From positions 43,648,001-43,712,000 of the forward strand of contig OX597831.1 in the NCBI GenBank assembly GCA_951406725.2: a stretch of DNA of 64,000 nt, in the 5' to 3' direction. Each line of letters starts with the position of its first letter. The stretch's first letter is position 1. Origin of the DNA: Octopus vulgaris. Its lineage: Eukaryota. The notes under the pieces are model-generated. The model had not been told where the DNA came from and did not search any database. It saw nothing but the letters and a program-made list of their open reading frames with translations. Position numbers and translations under genes: made by a program. This document shows positions 55,382-64,000 of the stretch, piece by piece.

Positions 55382-55743
55382 AAATTAAGAGGAATGACCA
55401 CTAAAGTGGACACCCTATATGCTAAACATAGATGTCAAATCGCCATTACCACGAAGAATGTGCTCTCAAGAACTGTGAGTCACTACTTTATATATCACTC
55501 AACCTATTAAATATAGCAGCCAAATCTCCCTCAAAACCTCTACTCTAATCACATTGGCTCTCAAACAGTACATACTGTGGTACACTTGTGCGTAAAATGT
55601 AACCAAGTGGTTGGGTACTCTGTCAGTTATGATGACATGTGTTCCAGTTGATTCAACCAACAGAACAGCTTGTTCATGAAATTAATGAGCAAGAGACTGA
55701 GTACTCCATAAACACATAAACACATGCAGTTCTATATTTAAAA

Positions 55744-56040
55744 CGGGCATATGGCATGGTGGTTAAAAGTTCAGGCTACTAACTCCAAGATTCCGAGTTC
55801 GATTCCAAGCAGTGACCTGAACACTAACAATAATAACAATAATAATAATAATAATAATATTAATAATAATAACAACAACATCGAAAAATACCTTAGGAAT
55901 GAGAACCCAGGTTTGAAATTTCCCCAAGACACCTGAAGAAGGCTGGAGGGTATATCAGCCAAAACGTTGTGTTAACAACAAACAAGATGAGGACAAATAT
56001 CCGTTGAATGTAATTAATGTAATTAATGTGAATAATGTAC
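55744..56040 (+). mobile_element. tRNA-headed SINE-like element with (AAT)n linker and 3' hammerhead motif
   Basis: A box tggcatggtgg (55752), B box gagttcgattcc (55795), (AAT)n, then GACAC-CTGAAGA-A-GGCTG-loop-CAGCC-AAAAC-GTT-GTGTT (55928-55973), tail of aatgtaatt repeats. Confidence 0.65.
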
Positions 56041-56888
56041 ATAAACACATGTACTCTTAATGTAGTTCTCAGGGAGATCCAGGGTGACAAACCAAATGAG
56101 ACAGGGCTGGTCTTTGAACTACAGGTTCAACTAATTTTTACCAGTTGACTGAACTGGAGCAACAATGAAATTAGTATCTTGTTAAAGAACACAGCACGCC
56201 ACTAGTAATCAAACTACCGACCTTACGATCTAAGCCATGTGCCTTCACTGTTGCTAAGCACACTATGAAATTAAAATTATTATATTTTCTAAAAATGTGA
56301 AAACTATAAAAATGAAATTCTAAATATAAATCTTGATGACTATTTTTCATATGCTCTTTTACTCTTTTACTTGTTTCAGTCATTTGACTCATGGCCATGC
56401 TGGAGCACCGCCTTTAGTCAAACAAATCGACCCCAGGACTTATTCTTTGTAAGCCTAGTACTTATTCTATCAGTCTCTTTCGGCCAAACCGCTAAGTTAC
56501 GGGGACGTAAACACACCAGCACCGGTTGTCAAGCGATGTTAGGAGGACAAACACAGACACACAAACACACACACATATATGCATATACATATATACAACA
56601 GACTTCACTCAGTTTCCATCTACCAAATCTACTCACAAGGCTTTGGTCAGCCTGAGGCTATAGTAGAAGACACTTGCCAAGATGCCATGCAGTGGGACTG
56701 AACCCAGAACCATGTGGTTGGTAAGCAAGCTACTTACCACACAGCCACTCCTGCGCCTATATATTGAACAAAATTTTCTGTTGCTTAACTTATTTATATT
56801 TATACACTAAAAATATTGAAATATCTATTTGTTTCATCAGATTATTTTATATTTTTGCATGCAATGTGTCAAAATGCTCTTATAGGAT

Positions 56889-57297
56889 TTAACCATTTAA
56901 CATAGAGATTATTCTGTCAAATGTAATACTTATTAAATAATATTGTTTTGAATTAATCATGCATAAATCCTGTAGCTTCAAGATTTCAATGATGTAATTA
57001 TTACTTTTTAGAATGATGTTGTAGGGAAGGTACAAGAGGCCAGATCTGGCCAGCTTAAATGCTAATGGGTTTAATCTTTAGCATTCAGGTTACTCTGTTA
57101 AATGTGATGCTTATTTATTCACATCGTTTTGAATTAAAAAGCATTATTCTGTAGCTTTGAGATTTTGATAATGTGATTGTCAATTTTTAGAATGACATAG
57201 TAGAGTAGGTGTGAAAGGTCAGAGCTGACCAGTTCAAACATAGAACATACAGAATATTTTGGGCCAGATATTACTGTTTTAAATGTTAGAGGGTTAA
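56889..57297. mobile_element. Tandem pair of TTAA-ended (piggyBac-type) MITEs
   Basis: Units 56889-57074 and 57071-57297 with consensus TIR ttaaccctttagcatt...aatgctaaagggttaa. Further copies near 26950-27166, 27164-27788, 49437-49650, 34070-34250. Confidence 0.7.
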
Positions 57298-58779
57298 ATC
57301 AGTGTTGTGTAGCTCAGGTCCAGAAGGTGGCCCGCAAAAGTCATCTGGAAGGATCATCATATTTGTTCTTTGAACGTATGCTTTACAATACATGTGTGGG
57401 TTAGATGGAATTTGTCAACGCAGGTTTTCTGTAGGTGGATGCTCTTCGTGTCATCACCCTCATTTGCTTCCAAGCAAGATAATACTTCTCCATGACTGGA
57501 CACATTTTCAAGGAAAATTGGAATCAAATAACAGGGCTTATATGATATTAACACTGATTTACGACTATCACAAGATATCAAGGTGCACAAACTCAAGCAC
57601 ACACACACATACATGAACACACGCACACATACCCATGCACACATACACATGTGCATATGCACACACACACACATATATATACATATATGCACATATACTG
57701 TGTTACTCTTTTATTTGTTTCAGTCATTTGACTGTGGCCATGTTGGAACACAGCCTTAAAAGGTTTTAGTTGAACAAATCAACCCCAGGACGTTTTTTTT
57801 TAAGCCTAGTACTAGTACTTATTCCATTGGTCTCTTTTGCCGAACTGCTAAGTTACAGGGATGTAACACACCAACACCGGTTGTCAAATGGTGATGAGGG
57901 GACAAAAACACGCACACAAGTACAAACAAACACACACACACACACACACACTCACATATACATATGACAAGCTTCTTTCAGTTTTTTTCTACCAGATACA
58001 CTGAGGCTGTAGTAGAAGACTCTTGCCCAAGGTACCATGCAGTGGGACTAAAACTCAAACCATGTGGTTGGGAAGTAAGCTTCTTACCATACACAGATTC
58101 TCTTACAAAGATTTGGCTGGCTCCAAACTATAGTAGAAACACTTGCTGAAGGTTCCACACAGTGGGACTGAACCCAAGATCACATGATTGGGAAACAAAC
58201 TTCTTAATCACACAGCCATGCCTGTGTTTAAATTTACTTTTATTTGCATTATGCAATTAAGGTGGCAGGCTAGCAGAATTGTTAGCACATGCAGTAGAAA
58301 AGCTTAATAGTATTTCAACTGCCTTTACATTCTGACATCAAATTCTGTCGAGGCTGACTTTGCCTTTCATTCTCTGTCAGGCTTGATAAAATAAGTAACA
58401 GTTGAGTCCTGGGGTTGATAAAATAAGTACCAGTTGAGTACTGGGTCCTCCTCCCACAAATTCCAGACTTTGTGTCTGACAAGGCTGGTCCTTTGAAATA
58501 CAGGTACAACTCAGTGAATTGGAGCAACATGAAATAAGGTTCCTAGCTCAAGGACACAATGTGCTACCAGGTAGTTCGATTTTCAGTTCTAGGCAGCGTA
58601 TTATGTTCTTGAGCAAAACACTTCACTCCATGTTGCTCTAGTCCTTTTTTTGATTGGCAGGTTGGGGGAAGTGTTGGCCTGCTCACCTAGCCAGCAGAGT
58701 GGCATCATTTGAAGGCTAAAACAATGCAACACACATTGTGACAAGCAATGCATAACAACATCTGACAGTCTGGTCGATC

Positions 58780-58837
<58 letters not shown>

Positions 58838-58870
58838 ATATTTCGGAATGGTCATATTGCCAGTTTAAAC

Positions 58871-58986
<116 letters not shown>

Positions 58987-59064
58987 TACTTACATATAAT
59001 ATATATGTATATTTTTAAAATCCATTCTGTCAATAACTCAAATGTCAGATTGTCCAATGTAAAA

Positions 59065-59158
59065 TTCTCCCCTGAAGATGGAAGCAGTGTTATCTGATAA
59101 TAGAGCCTAGTAACTATTATTATTCCAGACCACTAAGCCCACAGAAACAGCTGTTGGA
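59065..59158 (+). ncRNA. Hammerhead-like motif with long stem II
   Basis: CTGAAGA (59072-59078), nested stem TGG/CCA, AGTG/CACT, CTG/CAG, ATAATAG/CTATTAT, then GAAAC-AGCT-GTT; stem I is weak (2 bp). Confidence 0.4.
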
Positions 59159-59384
59159 CTCATAAATCTGTACCCTTTTAACTCCTGATAACATTTATAT
59201 TCTGCATTTTGGATAATTTTATATCCATACACATGTACATTTTTTTCTATTTAATCTATTTAATATTCTGGGCAAACTGACCTGCCTAACTTACTTCTCG
59301 TTATATTTATTCATATATATATGTTCTCGACTCCAAACAGAAGATAAACTGATTTTACTTCAAATCTTTATAAATTTTTTTACT

Positions 59385-59424
59385 GATATTTGATAAGATG
59401 AGATACATTGAAACCGGTAATATT
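59385..59424 (+). ncRNA. Minimal type I hammerhead, U3:A8 variant
   Basis: GATAT-TTGATAA-GATG-agata-CATT-GAAAC-cg-GTA-ATATT; palindromic stem III ACCGGT. Confidence 0.45.
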
Positions 59425-59622
59425 TTCTTTATATAAGTTTTGTTAAATTTCTTCTTAAACTGAAATGTCTTTAGACTTACTTCTGTGCTTTTTCCACCTT
59501 CATCTTTTATATATAAAATTTGATTTGTATAGATCTCTAATCTTTTATCAACTTATCAACTATATATATATGTATATATATATATATATATGTACATATA
59601 TATATATATGTATATATATGTG

Positions 59623-59655
<33 letters not shown>

Positions 59656-59684
59656 ATATATATATATATATGTATGTATGTATA

Positions 59685-59736
<52 letters not shown>

Positions 59737-60262
59737 CACCCATACACGCATGGATACATACACCCACACACATATATAGACAAATCAATAGATAGCTATA
59801 AATACAAATGTGTGTGTGCATGTGTGTGTGTGTGTGTGTGAGTGTATTTGATGTTTATATTTTGTTTATAGTTTCATCAGAGGAGAAAGGGTAGTACCCA
59901 TAATCTTAACATGTTTCTCCCCGTTTGGTGAACTCAGTATTTCAATATATGACTCAAGCTGATGATGTTCAAACTTTTACGGGTTGAATGATGTGATGTT
60001 GGTATGAAAACTACCCAGATATAATTTGCGGCGGCGGCAGGGGTGGGTGGCGATGAAGCTCTGACAAAAAGTCGTTTTGTACAGGTGTTTGATAGGTCGG
60101 GCAGCAGTGATGAAAGGAAATGCGATTGTGCAAAACATGTGTCTTGCATGGTAGCGGTACAGAGTTTGTTAGTTCAAAGACACATCAGCCATTGTAGTAG
60201 TAGTAGTAGTAGTAGTAGTAGTATTGGTGGTAGTAGTGGTCGTGGTAGTGGTGGTGGTAGTG

Positions 60263-60293
<31 letters not shown>

Positions 60294-60862
60294 GTAGAAG
60301 TACTGAAGGCACGTGGCTTAGTGGTTTGGGCACTCATAAGGTCATGAGTTTGATTCCCAGCGGTGTGTTGTGTCCTTGAGCAAGACACTTTATTCCATGT
60401 TTCTCCAGGCCACTCAGCTGGCAAAAATGAGTTGTAGTTGTAATTCAAAGGGCCAGCCTCTTGTCACATTTGGTGTATCACGCTGAATTCCCTGAGAACT
60501 ATGTTGAGGGTATATGTTTCTGCGGAGTGCCCAGCAATTGCACATTAATTTCATGAGCAGGATATCCTGTTAATCAGAGCAATGGAAACCCTCTGCCATT
60601 TTTTTTTTTAATAGGTAGAAGTAGTAGTGATGGCTGAAGAAGTAGTAGAAGAAACAGTATATCTGTGGGCTAAGGTGCTGATGTGTCTTAGCTAATCAGC
60701 ATTCTTCTGAATGCTTCTTTGTTTTAACATCCACTTTTACATACTGGCATGGGTTTGATGAATCTTACTGAGGTGTATTATTATTTTTTATGGTCAGATG
60801 CTCTTTTTGTCTGAAAGCCATACTATTTTTATACAAACCAGGGTATTTTCATTCCACACCTT

Positions 60863-60894
<32 letters not shown>

Positions 60895-61636
60895 ACACAC
60901 ACACACTCACCCCCCCCACACACACACACACACCAAAAGGTGAAACCATGGGACTTTTGCTAACTGAAAAATGTAGACAAAATAGTATTAATGAGGACCT
61001 TGACACAAAGGTACTGGTGCCGGTGTCACATAAAAAAGCACTCAATCCACTCTGTAAAGTGGTTGGCATTAGGAAGAGCATTTAGTTAGCTGTAAAAACC
61101 ATATCAAAACAGACAGTGGAGCTTGGCATGGTCCCCAGGCTTACCAGCTCCTGTCAAACCATCCAACCCATACCAGTGTGGAAGATGGGCGTTAAATGAT
61201 GATGATTATATAAATGTCTGTTATGTACTTCAAAAGCAGTATTAGATTAAAATGGTCATCTGTATATCATACTTAAAATAAATACATAGCAGAAAGGCAA
61301 ACTGGAGATAATATTTCTAATATTTCTGGAGATAATATTTCTACAAGTATGGGGTTGTGTGCATTTGTGATGTACATTGGAAACAAACATATTTAGCAAG
61401 AAAGCCCATTAATAAATCATCTTCATAAAGAAGTGATGGATAAGAGGATTCTGCACAGTTAAACCCTGAGCCTAACCTCTTGGTAAAGGGAACAGAAGGC
61501 CTGGCTGGAATTTGGAAGACAAGATACCTTGCATGCTATGTAATGGTATAAGAGCATTTACTGCTTTTGTAATGATTATCCTGAAGGTGTTTTGAATGGT
61601 GGGTGATTTCCTTCAGGTGTTATAGACAAGCTGCTA

Positions 61637-61692
<56 letters not shown>

Positions 61693-61702
61693 CATGATGC
61701 TG

Positions 61703-61736
<34 letters not shown>

Positions 61737-61795
61737 TGATGATGATGATGATGATGATAATAATGATGATGATAATAATAATAATGATATTAATC

Positions 61796-61840
<45 letters not shown>

Positions 61841-61853
61841 TTAATAATATTAA
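61637..61853. repeat. (AAT/GAT)n microsatellite
   Basis: Direct inspection. Confidence 0.95.
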
Positions 61854-61856
61854 TGG

Positions 61857-62192
61857 TGAAGGCGCATGGCTCAGTGGTTAGAGGGTCGAGCTTACGATTG
61901 TGAGGTTGTGAGTTCGAATCCCGGACCAGGCTGTGTGTTGTGTTCTTGAGCAAGACACTTTATTTCACATTGCTCCAGTTCACTCAGCTGTAGAAATGAG
62001 TTGCGACGTCACAGGTGCCAAGCTGTATCGGTCTTTGCCTTTCTCTTGGATAACACTGGTGGTGTGGAGAGGGGAGGCCGGTATGCATGGGCGACTGCTG
62101 GTCTTCTATAAACAACCTTGACCGGACTTGTACCTGGGAGGGTAACTTTCTAGGTGCAATCCCATGGTCTGTGTCGTAACCGAAGGGGGTCT
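61857..62192 (+). mobile_element. tRNA-derived SINE family C, full length
   Basis: A box tggctcagtggt, B box gagttcgaatccc, CORE-like gttcttgagcaagacactt. Confidence 0.85.
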
Positions 62193-64000
62193 CAGCAATA
62201 ATAATGATGGACTCTCCATCAAGGACAACAGATGAGTGTTCAGCTTTTGCCAACTAACCTGCACAAATGATTTGTTTATAATGATCAAATATATGTGCTG
62301 TATATTACCTCACTCTGTCCATCAAATCAACGTTGCCTGAGCAGGTGCACAATGTACCACACATCAGGTGTCAAAGTGGTTGCCTGAACAATGTGAGATG
62401 ATGTGTTTTGTTCAAGAATACAATGCACTACCCAGTCTAGGAATTGAAACCACAATCTTGCGATCGGGAGTGCAACACCCTAACCACTAGGCCATGTGTC
62501 CCCTCTAATAATAATAATTATAATAATAACCCTTTCCATTATAGGTACAAGGCCTGAAATTTGGGAGAGGGGGATAGTCAATTACACCGACCCCAGTACT
62601 CAACTCATACTTATTTTATCGACCCCCTTCCCCAAAGGATAAAAGGCAAAGTCGACCTCGGCTGAATTTGAACTCAGAACAAATAGACAGACAAAATGTT
62701 TCTAAGTATTTCACCCAACATATTAATGATTTTGCCAGCTCACTGCCTTAACAACAACAACAATAATAATAATAAACCTTTCTACTAAAGGCACAAGGCC
62801 TGAAATTTTGAGGGAAGGGACTAGTTGAATACCTTGACCTCAGTGATTCACTGGTACTTAATTTATTGACCTTGAAAGGATGAAAGGCAACGTCAACCCC
62901 GGCTGAATTTGAACTCAGAATGTAAAGATGGACAAAATGTTGCTAAGCATTTCAACCATTGTGCTTACGATTCTGCTAGCTCGCCACCTTAATAATAATA
63001 ATAATAATAATTAGGGGAAATATATCTAACTGTTTTGCCTATGGCTTTATGTCTAATTATGATATTATTTAAAGCTGAGAGGGAGGAACTGACTTTGTAT
63101 TTGATATGATTTTGACACCACTTATTTCTGAGAGTAAATCACAGCAAGAACAATTTGGTCTTTGATCTCCCCCAAAGGCATAAAAAAACATAAATAAAAT
63201 ATAAAATATACCAATAACATGACTGTATTTGTGTTTATCATCTTTATTCTAACCACCTCTGTGACAACAATGTCATTTACCTCAGAAAGGAAATTTTAGG
63301 GAAGACGGTCAGGAATGCTTTATTGATATTTTTTTTTCTTTTCTGTTTAGTGTCAGCCAACTCATAATGTTTCTCAAGGCCTTTGAGACTGGTAGAGAGG
63401 AAAGAAGGAAGGAAGTTATGTGGAGGCGGAAGATCTACCTAGAACGCTTGCCAAAGAGTGGACTTACTCAAGACCCAGATGACGGTATTAAAGCTTGTGA
63501 TGGATTAATCCCACCACCCAAGAAGAGAAGCAAACCCTCGATGGCATTCCATAATATTTCTTTCTGCATATTCTTTTACACGTTTCAGTCATTTCACTGT
63601 GGCCATGCTGGAGCATCGCCTTAAAGGGTTTTAGCCAAAGAAATTGACCCCAGGACTTGTCCTTAGTAAGCCAGGTATTTATTCTATCGGTCTTTTTTGC
63701 TGAACTGTTAAAGTTATGGGGAGATAAACACATCAACATTGGTTGTCAAGTGATGATGGGGGGACAAACACAGACACAAAGACACACACACACTTAAATA
63801 TATATATGTATGTATGTATGTATGTATAATATAGTATATGTGATAGGTAAGTGTTGATTTCTTTTCAAATGGAATTGATGTTTAGGTAGCATTTTAACAG
63901 TCAATATTAGCCAAATTTTAAACGATAAATTTCTAAGCACATGAACTATGTGTCTTTTAAAGTAAGTTTGTTTACATTTGATAATATATCTAAACATTGT

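Noticed and set aside
61857-61930. tRNA-like sequence
   Set aside because: Continues into a SINE body, poor acceptor and anticodon stems, multiple diverged copies; SINE head rather than tRNA gene.

Overview
AT-rich eukaryotic, repeat-dominated, essentially non-coding DNA. The dense (TA)n/(CA)n/(GAT)n/(TACA)n microsatellites and recurrent tRNA-headed SINE families look like an octopus (coleoid cephalopod) intron or intergenic region; this taxon call is inference. Nearly all ORFs in the supplied track are microsatellite or SINE artefacts. Supportable features: one candidate spliced minus-strand exon (954-1277) packed with short ORFs; at least four SINE/LINE-tail families, several copies with target-site duplications (TSDs); a 5'-truncated CR1/L2-type LINE; mariner-, piggyBac- and Merlin-type MITEs; a solo LTR; and a decayed Helitron. 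The most interesting signal is a dispersed set of about 10 minimal type-I hammerhead ribozyme (HHR) motifs in Penelope-like fragments next to (TA)n, often in inverted pairs. They show covariation at the catalytic 3:8 pair (C:G, G:C, U:A) and have palindromic stem III, and one is fused to a tRNA-derived Pol III SINE head. All structures were folded by eye and none has been tested.
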